Part shown: piece by piece, positions 33,939 to 45,392 of the stretch
How the letters are laid out: each line of letters begins with the position of its first letter
How positions within the stretch are numbered: the stretch's first letter is position 1
NCBI GenBank assembly: GCA_963845755.1
Contig: CAWJTV010000005.1
Coordinates: forward strand, 608,001-672,000
Reading direction: 5' to 3'
DNA length: 64,000 nt
Source: an uncultured Planctomycetota bacterium
GTDB taxonomy: Bacteria > Planctomycetota > Planctomycetia > Isosphaerales > Isosphaeraceae
Program-made: the position numbers and the translations under genes
The notes under the pieces: model-generated
The model's database searches: none
What the model saw: the letters and a program-made list of their open reading frames with translations, nothing else
Told to the model about the DNA's origin: nothing

Positions 33939-35827
33939 ATGCAACGCGTCCCTCTTTCGGCTTCGGCATCCCGGGGACTCCGAGTCGACCAGGCCCGGAT
34001 GAATCCGAAGCGGTTCCGGACTCGTCGCGGCGTGGCGACTCTGGTGGGACTGGGAGTCATCATCGCCTGTCTCCTCTGGGTGCCCGGGCTCCGAAACCGG
34101 CGGCTCGACCGAGCCCCCGGGCAGGTCATCGGTGAGTTCGCGCTTCGGTGAAGTGAATACGGGGCGGCTGCATCGACTCTCGGATCATCGGGGCCGGATT
34201 CTCGTCATCGTCTTCGTGGGCACGAGCTGTCCGGTCGGGGACCTCTACATGGGTTGACTGGCCGAACTCGCGAGCACGTATCGAAACCGAGGCGTCGATT
34301 TCGTGGCGATCAATTCCAACGCGAGCGAGACGGTCGAAGAGGTCGCCGAACATGCCCGCGAGTCCGCCGCAACCTTTCCGGTCCTCAAGGATCCCGAGAA
34401 CCGGGTCGCCGACCGACTCCTGGCGGAGCGCACCTGCGAGACCCTGGTGATCGACGGACTCGGCCGGCTCCGTTATCGCGGCGCCATCGATAACCAGTAT
34501 GGACGGGGAACACGGCGTGCCGAGCCGACCCACAACTACCTCATCGACGCGATTTCGGCCCTTCTCGAGGGCCGGGATGTCTCGCCGAAGATCACGCAGG
34601 TCGTGGGTTGCCCCATCGAGCGGACCGCTCCTCCGAGAAACCTCAGCCCGAAGTCGAGTCTTCTGCGCGGTCGCTCGAAGCAAGAGCCCGAATCGGAATC
34701 CGCGACCGTGGCCCTTCGCCGAGAGGTCACATACGACCAGGTCGCACCGATCCTCCATGCACGTTGTGTTCCGTGCCATCGCCCGACTCAGGTCGCTCCG
34801 TTTTCGCTCCTGACCTTCGATCAGGCCCGGCGCTGGGCGGTCTCGATCGGCGAGGTCGTCGGCGAGGGGCGTATGCCGCCCTGGCATGCCGATCGGCGAT
34901 TCGGTCGGTTCGCCAACGACCGGAGCCTAACCGACGAGGAACGCTTGTCGCTCCTGTCGTGGGTGGAACATGGCGCTCTGCGCGGTGATGCGTCCCGGGC
35001 GCCCGCCCCTCCCAAATTCCAGGATCTCTGGTCGATCGGAACGCCGGATCTCGTCTTCGAGATGGCCGAGCCCTTCGCGATCCCCGCCGAGGGCGTGGTA
35101 CCGATCCAACGAATTTATGTGTCAACGGATCTTGATGAAGATGTTTTCGTTCAGGCGGCAGAGGCCAGGCCTGGAGATCGGGCGGTCGTCCATCACATCT
35201 GCGTCTTTGTCGAGGTTCGATCGGGCTCCAAAGTTTCCGCGCCCGCCTGGCAGAACCTGCTGGTGGTCTATACTCCCGGTGATATGCCGTCGATCTTTCC
35301 TTCCGGTGTCGCCAAGCGCATTCCTCGCGGAGCCAGGCTGTTGTTCGAGGTCCACTACACTCCGATTGGCAAACCCCGGGCCGATCGTTCGTCGGTCGGT
35401 CTGATCCTCACGCGCGAGCCTCCGCGGCACGTGGCGATGACGCGGGGAATCCCCCAACGAAACTTCCGGATTCCGGCCGGCGAGGCGGATTACGTGGCCC
35501 GTTCCGTGTTTACGCTCAAGAACGATATTCATCTCCTCAGCCTGACCCCGCACATGCACATGCGCGGCAAGAGCTTTCACGTACTCCGCCCACTATCCCG
35601 ACGGCCGAGAGGAGGTCCTCCTCTCGGTACCGAGATTCGATTTCAACTGGCAGAGCACCTACCGACTGCTCGAGCCGAAGTCGTTGCCGAAAGGGACGGT
35701 CATCCATTGCGAGGCCCACTTCGACAACTCCCCTGAGAATCCGTCGAATCCGGACCCGACGCGCACGGTGACCTGGGGGGAGCAGAGCTGGGATGAAATG
35801 ATGATTGGTTTCCTGGATTACTATTAG
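33939..35827 (+). CDS. Redoxin + cytochrome c-like + copper type II monooxygenase-like fusion protein (frameshifts ~34150 and ~35578; in-frame TGA at 34255)
   Basis: [21 protein letters not shown] (CxxCH), MPPW, VVHH, PHMHMRG, FNWQ and DEMMIG motifs. Confidence 0.85.
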
Positions 35828-35934
35828 AATCGCGTTCCTCGTGGAAACACGCGATCCAGGGGTTCGATCCAGGATGGCGGTTCGAGACATTCCGATCGCT
35901 CGCCGGAACCGTGCGGCCCCGCGCGGAACGGTGC

Positions 35935-37206
35935 TCAATCGGGATTCCGATCCGTCTTCAGAGGTTGCGCGGGCATCCCGACCACGGTCTGGCCGTCGCC
36001 GACATCGCGACCCTTGGTGACGACCGCGTTGGCACCGACGACCGCATCCCGGCCGATGTTGACCGGCGCCACCAGGATCGAGCCGGCCCCGAGGCGGCTG
36101 CCGTCGCCGATCCGGGTCGGATGCTTGCGATCGCCGTCAAAGTTGGCCGTGACGGCCGTCGCGCCTACATTGACGGCCACTCCCACCTCGGCGTCACCCA
36201 AATAGGCCAGGTGCCGGACGATCGTCCGGGCGCCCAGACGCGATTGCTTAATCTCGACGAACGCGCCGACCTCAACATCATCACCCAGGACGGTCCCCTC
36301 GCGGAGGTGCGTATGGGGACCGATCCGGCAATTCGACCCGATTCGGACAATGCCGTCGATCACCGTCGACGGGTAGATGATCGTCTCGTTACCGATCGAA
36401 CATCGCGGGTCGATGTACGTTGTCCGCGGGTCGACGATCGTGACCCCTTCGGTCATCCAGTGATCGTGGATACGCGCCTGCATGATCGCTGTCGCCTGGG
36501 CCAAATGTTGGCGTGTGTTCACGCCGAGGACGTCATCCGGTTGCAGGACATCGAGTGCCAGGACTTTACGTCCCATGGCCTTGAGATGTTCGGGAGCGTC
36601 TGTGAGGTAGTACTCGCCCTGGGCATTGCTGGTCCCGATCTGGTCGAGGGCGTCCCAGAGGCCCGGCAATTCGAAGACGTAGCAGCTCGGGTTCACCTCG
36701 GTGATGGCACGTTCCTCGGGCGTGCAATCGCGTTCCTCGACGATGCGGAGGAACCGTCCGGCTGAGTCGCGGAGGATGCGGCCGAATCCGGTCGGATCGG
36801 GCAGGTGGACCGTGCCGAGCAAGCACGCGACCTGGTCGGACTCCTGGCGCACGAGGAGATCGGCCAGCGGCTTGGGCCTGAGTAAGGGCTCATCGCCGAC
36901 GAGGATGAGGACGGGGCCTTGATAATCGGCGAGGCAGGGCCGGCAGACCCGGGCGGCATGGCCCGTACCGAGCTGCTCGGTCTGCGTCGCGAATACAATG
37001 TCGGGCTCGTTGTGAAGGTATTCGCGGACCTGGTCGGACGCGTAGCCGACCACCACGACGATGGTCCGTGCGCCGGCACCTCGCGCGGCGTCAACCACGT
37101 ACCGGATCATCGGCTGGCCGCAGACCTCATGGAGGACCTTGGCCCGATCCGATTTCATCCGCTTGCCTTGACCGGCAGCCAGAATAATCGCGACGGGTCC
37201 ATTCAT
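35935..37206 (-). CDS. glmU: Bifunctional UDP-GlcNAc pyrophosphorylase / glucosamine-1-P acetyltransferase
   Basis: ILAAGQGKRMKS, QLGTGHA, GEYYLTD, hexapeptide LbH repeats and HLAYLGDA. Confidence 0.9.
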   Translation of the reverse strand: MNGPVAIILAAGQGKRMKSDRAKVLHEVCGQPMIRYVVDAARGAGARTIVVVVGYASDQVREYLHNEPDIVFATQTEQLGTGHAARVCRPCLADYQGPVLILVGDEPLLRPKPLADLLVRQESDQVACLLGTVHLPDPTGFGRILRDSAGRFLRIVEERDCTPEERAITEVNPSCYVFELPGLWDALDQIGTSNAQGEYYLTDAPEHLKAMGRKVLALDVLQPDDVLGVNTRQHLAQATAIMQARIHDHWMTEGVTIVDPRTTYIDPRCSIGNETIIYPSTVIDGIVRIGSNCRIGPHTHLREGTVLGDDVEVGAFVEIKQSRLGARTIVRHLAYLGDAEVGVAVNVGATAVTANFDGDRKHPTRIGDGSRLGAGSILVAPVNIGRDAVVGANAVVTKGRDVGDGQTVVGMPAQPLKTDRNPD

Positions 37207-37312
37207 TTTCAATCGTGGTGAGAACGTAGTCGGTGGTGTTCGGAAAGACTCGAGTCCGGAAGTCCCATTGCGACCGAGGATCGCCGGACTCGGCGGCTCT
37301 GCTTGAGCGAAT

Positions 37313-37342
37313 ATCATAAAGAGTCATTGTGCAACCCGTCAA
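37313..37342 (-). promoter_or_regulatory. sigma70-like promoter for glmU, TTGACG-N18-TATGAT
   Basis: Near-consensus boxes about 105 nt upstream of the glmU ATG. Confidence 0.5.
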
Positions 37343-37491
37343 ACGCCCTTATCGCTGGTTATGGGCCGAGAAGGCGAACCTTGAACGGCGGAATCGAATC
37401 TGTCAGACTGAGTCCGACGGGGGCCGGAGCGGGTTGGAGCCGCTGGTAGGTCGGACCCTCGACTCGCATCTCTTCCGGGGGAATGACGCGC

Positions 37492-37779
37492 ATGTCACTC
37501 TCGAACGCGGACGTGGCCAAGGTCGCGTTGCTGGCGCGGCTGAGGATCCGGCCGGACGAACTGGAGACGTTTACCGGCCAGCTCAATGCGATCGTCGATT
37601 ATGTCGCGCAACTCCAGGAAGTGGACACGACCGGCGTCGAGCCGCTGGCCCACGGTATCGATGTCCGCAACGTGTTTCGCGACGATATCCGCGGCGAGCC
37701 GCTGACTCGCGAGCAGGCGCTGGTCAACGCCCCCAAGCGAAACGCGACGAGCTTCCTGGTCCCCGCCGTCCTGGAATGA
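37492..37779 (+). CDS. gatC: Asp/Glu-tRNA amidotransferase subunit C
   Basis: VAKVALLARL...VDTTGVEP...NVFRDD...NAP...FLVPAV; precedes gatA. Confidence 0.93.
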   Translation: MSLSNADVAKVALLARLRIRPDELETFTGQLNAIVDYVAQLQEVDTTGVEPLAHGIDVRNVFRDDIRGEPLTREQALVNAPKRNATSFLVPAVLE

Positions 37780-37852
37780 TGGATCCCTTGCCTGAAGCCC
37801 GGAATACCGCCGCCCGCCGCGGCCGGGCGGCTCGAGCCGAGGACGCCGATCG

Positions 37853-39333
37853 ATGACTCATGATACCGCCGTCGCGATGTTGGCCCGAATGAACGCGGGT
37901 GAGACGACCTCCGAGGAGATTGTCGGCTCGCTGCTGGAACGGGCCAGGAGCTGCCAGCGACTCAACGTATTCGTCCACCTCGAAGAGGAGTCGATCCTCG
38001 CCCGCGCCCGCGACATCGACCGGAAACGCCGCGCCGGCGAGGTGCTCGGGCCACTGGCCGGCGTCCCGGTGGCGATCAAGGACGTGCTATGCGTGGACGG
38101 CGAGCCGACGACGTGCGGCAGCCGGATGCTCCGCACGTTCCGCCCGCCGTTCGATGCGACGGCAATCGCCCGGCTCAAGGCGGCCGATGCGGTCCTGTTC
38201 GGCAAGACCAACATGGACGAGTTCGCGATGGGCTCCTCCACCGAGAACAGTGCCTACGGACCGAACGCGCAACCCGTGGGATGAATCGCGCGTGCCGGGC
38301 GGCTCCTCGGGCGGCTCGGCCGCCGCCGTCGCCGCCGGGCTGGCGCCTCTGGCGCTCGGGACCGATACCGGCGGCTCGATCCGCCAGCCCGCGGCCTTGT
38401 GTGGCGTCGTCGGGCTCAAGCCGACCTATGGCCGGGTCAGCCGATTCGGCCTTATCGCCTACGCGAGCTCGCTCGACCAGATCGGCCCGTTCTCTCACGA
38501 CCTCGCGGATACCGCGCTGCTCCTGGGCGTGATCGCCGGCCGCGATCCCAAGGACTCGACCAGCGTCACGGAGCCCATTCCGGATTATCTCGCTCGCCTG
38601 GACATGCCTCCTGAATCGTTGCGTGTTGGCGTCGTCAAGGAGTTCTTCAGCGAGGGACTCGACCCCGAGGTTGCCGCCGCCGTGCAGGAGGCTGCCCTCG
38701 TCTACCAGAACGCCGGCGCGACGATCAAGGACGTCTCATTGCCTCACTCGAAGCACGGCATCCCGGCCTATTACATCGTCGCACCGGCCGAGTGCTCCAG
38801 CAATCTGGCCCGATACGACGGCACAACCTACGGCCATCGCGCCGAGGACTTCTCGCCCAGCTTCCCGGGCGAGGAAGATCTGGCGCCGATGGTCCGGATG
38901 ATGATGGTCAGCCGCGCCGAGGGCTTCGGCGCCGAGGTGAAGCGGAGGATCATGCTCGGGACGTTCGCGCTCTCCGCCGGTTACGCCGACCAGTATTACA
39001 ACAAGGCCCTCCAGGTCCGTCGCAAGATCCGCGGCGACTTCGATGCGGCGTTCCAGGAGGTCGACGTCCTGCTCGGCCCGACGTCGCCAACGCCCGCGTT
39101 CCAGATCGGCGAACGGACCGCCGATCCTCTGGCAATGTACCTGTCGGATATCTACACGATCACGGCCAACCTTGCCGGTATCCCGGGAATCAGCATCCCG
39201 TGTGGTCTGACCAGGTCAGGTCTGCCGATTGGACTGCAACTGCTGGCCGCGCCGTTCGCCGAGGAGACGCTGCTACGAACCGCCCGAGTCTTCGAGCGTG
39301 CGACGGATTGGCACACCAAGCGGGCGATCTTGA
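37853..39333 (+). CDS. gatA: Asp/Glu-tRNA amidotransferase subunit A, frameshift at ~38263; stop position inferred
   Basis: [41 protein letters not shown] and EVKRRIMLG motifs. Confidence 0.93.
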
Positions 39334-39416
39334 ACAAATGGCAGGTGAGCGATCGTTGGCGAGACTCGGCGAGTTCCGTGAGCGATCTTGAGAAGGCTTC
39401 GATTGGAGGTGAGTTC

Positions 39417-40904
39417 ATGGGGTCGCCTCGCGATTGCGAAATCATCATCGGCCTGGAGATCCACGTGCAGCTCCAGACCGAGAGCAAGATGTTCTCCTGG
39501 AGCGGGACAGACTTCGGCCTGCCGCCGAATACGCAGACCGACCCGGTCTCGCTGGGCCTGCCCGGGACACTGCCGGTGATGAACCGCAAAGCGTTCGACC
39601 TGGCGCTGAAGACGGCGATCGCGCTGCATGCCCAGATCGCACCTTTCACCAAATGGGACCGGAAGAATTACTATTACCCCGATCTGCCCAAGAACTATCA
39701 GATCAGCCAGTATGACCTGCCATTCTCGAAAGGCGGGCACCTGGAGATCCCGGTTCGAAAGGACGGCGGCGGGGGCGGGCGTTGCGGCTTGACGAGGATC
39801 CACCTCGAGGAGGACACGGGAAAACTGACACACGACACCGGGGGTTTATCCGAGGTCGACCTGAATCGCGCGGGAATCCCCCTCCTGGAAATCGTCACGG
39901 AACCCGAGATCCGCAGCCCGGCCGACGCGCGGGGATGCCTCGAGGAACTCAGGCTGACCCTCCGCTACCTCGAAGTCTCCGACTGCGAGATGCAGGAAGG
40001 CTCGCTGCGCTGCGATGCGAACGTCAATCTTCATATCGCCAGGGATGGGAAGACGATCGCCACGCCGATCGTGGAGATCAAGAACCTCAACAGCTTCCGT
40101 GCCGTCGAGAAGGCGTTGATCCATGAGGTGGGACGTCAGTATCAGAAATGGCTCGAGGATGGCAAGACGATCAAGGACGCGCCGAAGACAACTCGGGGCT
40201 GGAACGACGTCGAAGAGGTCACCAAGCCTCAGCGCGAGAAGGAGACGGCCGCGGATTACCGATACTTCCCCGAGCCCGACCTGGTCCCTGTGATGGTCGA
40301 CGCCCCCTGGCTGGATCGCATTCGCACCTCGATCGGCGAACTTCCCTTCGCGCGCCGTCAGCGATTCGAAACGGAGTACGGCCTCTCCTCCTACGACGCC
40401 AACGTCCTGGTCGAGCAGGGGCAGGACGTCGCGGATTACTATGATGCTGTCGCCAGGTCGACCGGCGAGTTCAAGCTGGCGAGCAACTGGATCCAGCAGG
40501 ACGTCCTGCGGACCATCAAAGAGAAGAAGTTGACCATTGCGGAATTCCCCGTTCGTCCCGAAGGGCTCGCCAACCTGATCAACCGGGTCAAGCGATCCGA
40601 GGTGAATACCAACCAGGGCCGCGAGATCCTGGGGCGGATGATCGATACCGGCGATCCGGCCGAGGTCATCATCGCGCAGGGCGGTTACCAGATGGTCTCC
40701 GACCGGGACGCGATCGCCGCGGCGGTCGTGGCCGCCATCGCGGCCAATCCCCAAGCCCTCGACGAGCTGAAGAAGGGAAAGAAGAAGCCCGAGGCCGTCA
40801 AGGGCTTCCTCCGCGGTCAGGTGATGAAACAGACCGGAGGCAAGGCGAATCCGGTCCTGGTCGGCGAGCTGCTCGAGGCCAAACTGGCCGAGTTGCAAGA
40901 GTAG
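39417..40904 (+). CDS. gatB: Asp/Glu-tRNA amidotransferase subunit B
   Basis: [31 protein letters not shown] and [10 protein letters not shown] motifs; GGAGGT RBS. Confidence 0.95.
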   Translation: MGSPRDCEIIIGLEIHVQLQTESKMFSWSGTDFGLPPNTQTDPVSLGLPGTLPVMNRKAFDLALKTAIALHAQIAPFTKWDRKNYYYPDLPKNYQISQYDLPFSKGGHLEIPVRKDGGGGGRCGLTRIHLEEDTGKLTHDTGGLSEVDLNRAGIPLLEIVTEPEIRSPADARGCLEELRLTLRYLEVSDCEMQEGSLRCDANVNLHIARDGKTIATPIVEIKNLNSFRAVEKALIHEVGRQYQKWLEDGKTIKDAPKTTRGWNDVEEVTKPQREKETAADYRYFPEPDLVPVMVDAPWLDRIRTSIGELPFARRQRFETEYGLSSYDANVLVEQGQDVADYYDAVARSTGEFKLASNWIQQDVLRTIKEKKLTIAEFPVRPEGLANLINRVKRSEVNTNQGREILGRMIDTGDPAEVIIAQGGYQMVSDRDAIAAAVVAAIAANPQALDELKKGKKKPEAVKGFLRGQVMKQTGGKANPVLVGELLEAKLAELQE

Positions 40905-40921
40905 GATTCAGGGTTCTGTGA

Positions 40922-41761
40922 TCAAATCGGCGCTCTACCATCTCTGCGGGCGTCTCTCCAGAGACGGTGCAGTTCGTCGAGGTCGTGAACCCTCAGATCG
41001 ACACTTGTTGGCACGATCTCGTCCGGGTCGGCGTTCAACCAGATCGTGAACATCCCCGCGGCGCGTCCGCCGATCATGTCGGAGGCCGTGCTGTCGCCGA
41101 CCATGGCCGCCTGCTGGGGTGAGCAGCCTAGCCGTTCGATGGCGACCCGAAAGAACGGCGACTCCGGCTTGCCGATGGCGATCGGACGGACCCCGCTCGC
41201 CGTGGCGATCGCCTCGGCCAGCGAGCCGCAGCCGGGGTCGAATTCACCCGGCCCGACGGGAAACCGCGCGTCCATGTTGACCGCGAAGAACGCCGCCCCG
41301 GAGGCGACGGCCCGCGCGGCCAGTCGCAGCCGGTCATAGCTGAATTCCGGATCAATGCCAACCACGACCGCTTCCGCTTTCATCCCGTCCTCGTCGCGAA
41401 CGATCGTGTGTCCGCAAGATCTCAGGATCTCGTCCAGCTCATCGGTGCCGATTGAGTGGACGCGGACTGGTCCCAGGTGCTGACGCACTTCTGTACCGGC
41501 CAGGTCCAGGGCTGCGAGCATCTCCTCCGTGGTCGCAATAATGCCGAGGTCCGCGAGCCGACGTCGCAAGGCCGCCGATCCGTGCCTCGATGAGTTTGAT
41601 GCGAAGACGAGGCGGATCCCCGCAACGCGCAGGTGCTCGACCAATTCGATTGCGCCGGGGAGCAACCGAGGGCCTTCCCAGATCGTCCCGTCCAGATCGA
41701 GGGCAAAGCCCCGCAGATCCTGGAGTCCTCGCAAGGTCGAATCCTCCGGGCGGTGATTCAT
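40922..41761 (-). CDS. HAD-IIA family hydrolase (NagD-like)
   Basis: DLDGT, SNSS, IGKP and MVGD...DM.GG motifs. Confidence 0.9.
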   Translation of the reverse strand: MNHRPEDSTLRGLQDLRGFALDLDGTIWEGPRLLPGAIELVEHLRVAGIRLVFASNSSRHGSAALRRRLADLGIIATTEEMLAALDLAGTEVRQHLGPVRVHSIGTDELDEILRSCGHTIVRDEDGMKAEAVVVGIDPEFSYDRLRLAARAVASGAAFFAVNMDARFPVGPGEFDPGCGSLAEAIATASGVRPIAIGKPESPFFRVAIERLGCSPQQAAMVGDSTASDMIGGRAAGMFTIWLNADPDEIVPTSVDLRVHDLDELHRLWRDARRDGRAPI

Positions 41762-42061
41762 CTCGAAACTCTCCAGGCGTCTGTCGCGGCGAAATCCGTC
41801 TGCCCCCTCGGTGAGAGACACATCATCCTGTTCCGAAGAGCCTTCGCCGCGTTGACTCCAGGAGAGTTTACCATCTTCTCCGATCTTGCCGACACCGGGT
41901 AAATCGGCGCTGGAATTGCATGATAGGACATTCGGGCGCCACACCGGAACGAGTAGCCAACGAGGTGCGCGGCGCGGTAGAATCCCGTGAGTGAATCCAT
42001 GAGGACGGCACGGCGATAATCAGCCTGCGGCCATCCGACCATCGCGTGGGAGGAGCCTTCG

Positions 42062-43036
42062 ATGAACTTGCTGGACCAGTTGCGCACGATGACCGTGGTG
42101 GTGGCCGATACGGGCGACTTCGAGTCCATCGCCCAGTACAAGCCGCGAGACGCGACCACCAATCCCTCCCTCTTGTTGAAAGCGGCACAGATGCCGGCGT
42201 ATCGCAAGCTGCTCGACGAGGTCATGGACTCTGCGCAGAGTGAGGGGAACGATCACGCCTCGCAAGTTGAGGCAACAATTGACCGTCTGTTCGTCGCGTT
42301 CGGCAAGGAAATCCTGAAGATTATCCCCGGGCGCGTGTCAACCGAGGTCGATGCCCGCCTCTCGTTCGATACCCAGGCCACGATGGAAAAGGCGCGTCGG
42401 TTGATCTCCCTCTATGAGGGCGACGGGATCGACCGCAAGCGCATCCTGATCAAGATCGCCTCCACCTGGGAGGGCATCCGGGCGGCCGAGAAGCTGGAGA
42501 AAGAAGGCATCCACTGCAACATGACGCTTCTCTTCAGCTTCGCGCAAGCCGTGGCATGCGCCGAGGCGGGCGTCACCTTGATCTCTCCCTTCGTTGGCCG
42601 GATCCACGACTGGTATTGCAAGAAGCAGGGCGTCAAGACCATTGCTCCTACTGAGGATCCTGGCGTCCATTCGGTCACTCAGATCCATCACTACTTCAAG
42701 AAATTCGGCTATCCTACCGAGATCATGGGGGCGAGCTTCCGCAATATCGGCGAGATCACCGAGCTGGCCGGTTGCGATCTGTTGACGATCTCGCCAGAAC
42801 TGCTTGGAGAGCTGAAGAAGACCGAGGGCACGGTCGAGCGCAAGTTGACCGTCGAAAAGGCCAAGGCCGAGGATATCGAGCGGATTCATCTCGACGAGAA
42901 GACGTTCCGCTGGATGCACAATGAGGACGCCATGGCCACCGAGCAGTTGGCCGACGGCATCCGTCGTTTCTACGCCGATCTGACCAAGCTCAAGGAGCAT
43001 CTGGCCAAGCTCGTTCGCCAGCCGGTCGGGGTCTGA
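42062..43036 (+). CDS. tal: Transaldolase
   Basis: [38 protein letters not shown] and ISPFVGRI motifs. Confidence 0.96.
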   Translation: MNLLDQLRTMTVVVADTGDFESIAQYKPRDATTNPSLLLKAAQMPAYRKLLDEVMDSAQSEGNDHASQVEATIDRLFVAFGKEILKIIPGRVSTEVDARLSFDTQATMEKARRLISLYEGDGIDRKRILIKIASTWEGIRAAEKLEKEGIHCNMTLLFSFAQAVACAEAGVTLISPFVGRIHDWYCKKQGVKTIAPTEDPGVHSVTQIHHYFKKFGYPTEIMGASFRNIGEITELAGCDLLTISPELLGELKKTEGTVERKLTVEKAKAEDIERIHLDEKTFRWMHNEDAMATEQLADGIRRFYADLTKLKEHLAKLVRQPVGV

Positions 43037-43045
43037 ACGGGCCGA

Positions 43046-43843
43046 TCAGAGGATCCGTGAATCCGCCTCAGCCAAAGATTCACGGATCGTTTCGAGGCCC
43101 TGGCGAAGGGCCTTCTGATAGATCCAGAGATCGGCCAGGTACACGAGCATTCGGAATCCCTCCGAAGGCCCGCGGGCGAGTGTCTCCGCGTCTAATGCCC
43201 CAAGCACGGCGGTCTTTCCTTCACGGCGACACGCCTCGACCACGCGTCGCGTTGCGTCCTGGAAGTCGCGGTGGCCGAACTCGCCAGGAATCCCCAAGGA
43301 TGCCGTGAGGTCATACTGCCCGATCCAGAGTGCATCGATGCCCTGGACCGCGGCGATCGCTTCGACGTTCTCAACTCCCGAGACGTTCTCGATCTGCGCG
43401 AAGAGCATGACCTCGTCGTTCGCCCGGTTAAACTTGGCGGTGAGATCGCCTCCCCGATAGTCATCATGGGCGACGCCAAAGGCCACTCCGCGCCGGCCCG
43501 CGGGGGGGTACTTCGCGGAGTCGACAATCATCTGGGCCTGGGCCGCATCGGCGACCATCGGGACCACGATCCCCATCGCGCCGACGTCCAGCACGCGGGC
43601 GATGAAGTGATACTGGAGCGCCGGCACGCGCACCATCGGCACGAGGTCCGCGGCGCGCGACGTGGCCATCAGCACCCGGATGGTCTCCATGCTCCATCCG
43701 GTGTGCTCCATGTCGAAGACGGCGAACTCGGCCCCCGCCTCGGCCGCAATCCGCGCGATGCCGGTCGTGCTGAACTCCATCATCATCGTCCCGATGGACA
43801 CGCCGCCTTCGGCGAGTGCCCGCTTGACCCGGTTCGTCCTCAT
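43046..43843 (-). CDS. HpcH/HpaI aldolase family protein
   Basis: FDMEH, MVRVP, AKYPP.G.RG, AQIE and G.YDLTASLG motifs. Confidence 0.9.
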   Translation of the reverse strand: MRTNRVKRALAEGGVSIGTMMMEFSTTGIARIAAEAGAEFAVFDMEHTGWSMETIRVLMATSRAADLVPMVRVPALQYHFIARVLDVGAMGIVVPMVADAAQAQMIVDSAKYPPAGRRGVAFGVAHDDYRGGDLTAKFNRANDEVMLFAQIENVSGVENVEAIAAVQGIDALWIGQYDLTASLGIPGEFGHRDFQDATRRVVEACRREGKTAVLGALDAETLARGPSEGFRMLVYLADLWIYQKALRQGLETIRESLAEADSRIL

Positions 43844-44016
43844 GCACTCTCCTTTCCATTTACCGTCAGGCCGGATCGCTCAATCGACGTCGCTCTCACG
43901 GGAAGGTGGAGGACGGATTGGTACGCCCCCTCGAGACGGCGATTCCAATGCCGGAACCCTCGCGGGTGATCATCGTGGCGGCGGAGGGGACATGAGCGCG
44001 GCTGCCGTCCGTCTGA

Positions 44017-45195
44017 TTACTTCTGGGATCGATTCGATTTCAGCTCCTCCATGCAGGCTTTCAGCGAGTCGACGATCGCGCGGGCCCCCGCGCCGGGATT
44101 TCGTCTTGGGCTTGGGCTCGTCGGGCGCTTGATCGTCGAGCAAGGCGCGACAGATGGCCTCGCTGCCGGACCACGTCGTGCAGAGGTGGCCGATCATCCG
44201 CTCGGTCCCTTTGGCGCCGCCTCCCGGAGCATCGCCAGCGCATTGTCCTTGTTCCACCAGGTCGCCGGCATCACCCGGAACCCCTTCTCCTGGAGGTAGC
44301 CGACCGAGGGATATCCGTCCTTCCGTGTTTCATAGTGCCAGTCGCACATGATAATATCCTTGGGAATCCGGTCGATCGCCGGACCGGTCCCGTTCTGACT
44401 GGCCTCCCACTTGCCGTACTGGAAGCCCAACTTCTTGTCATCCAGGAGCCGATCGGCCCACATCAGCATCGTGAGTTTTCGCTCACCCACGATATGCCCG
44501 TGCAGGTCGTTGACCGCCTTGGCGAAAAGCTCCCCGGGGTCTTTCCCCTTGCACCGAGAACAACCCTTGTCCGCAACCAGGAAGACCTCGTCCATGCCGA
44601 CGTGGAATGCATCGGCACTGAACGCATCGATCAACTCGTCGATCAAGGCGAAGACGACCTTGTTGACATCGGGGTGCAGCGGGCACCAGCTCCGGCAATA
44701 GATCCCCTGGTTGCTCTTGGGGACTTCGGGCGACTCGTCGAATTCGGGATGCTTGGTCAGCAAGGGACCGGTGTTCCTCTGCCACGACTGATGCCCCAGG
44801 CAATTGAACATGGGGATCAGGCGAACATGGTGCTGCCGGCAAGTCGCGGCCAGTTCATGCGCGTCTTCGAGGGTCAGGCTGCCGCCTCTGAGGTCCGGAT
44901 GAGAGGTGAACGGGAAGTTGTAATTGACCTCGAGAATCACGACGTTGACGCCCATGGGAGCGAGCTTTTCGGCGATCGCCTGCTTCAACAAGGGCACGCC
45001 AGCGTGTCCCGGGGCCATCAAGTGCAACCCCCGCCATTGGTGGCCGGATGGGGAAGAAGTCTTGCTCGGCTCGTCCTGGCTCGCCACGGGAATTACGCCG
45101 AGGCACAGGCTACAAACGACCGCCAAGAATCCCGGAATGACGCCGTGCCGGACTCGGGCCAAACTCGGAATCGACATAACCGGCTCCTTTCTCAT
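44017..45195 (-). CDS. Glycoside hydrolase family 20 (hexosaminidase-like), secreted, C-terminal frameshifts
   Basis: IPMFNCLGH, FHVGMDEV (GH20 DE pair), MWADRL and CDWHY motifs; end inferred at ACMEELKSNRSQK*. Confidence 0.8.
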
Positions 45196-45392
45196 CTTGA
45201 ATCTGCGCGACGAATTGGGTTACCCATTACAATCGGACACGTCGCAGAACGCGCAGTGTACCGTCGCGACAGCCCCCGGGATAAGGGACTCGATCCTGTT
45301 GCGAGAGAAAAGTGGATCGCTCGTCGCGATGTCGGTTCTTGTCGATCGGGCGATCCGGCACGACGGCGGCCAGGCTTTCGGGGAAATCCACT

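Noticed and set aside
37207..37480. tRNA gene in the glmU-gatC intergenic region
   Set aside because: No cloverleaf or T-loop GTTCRA in a proper stem context was found.
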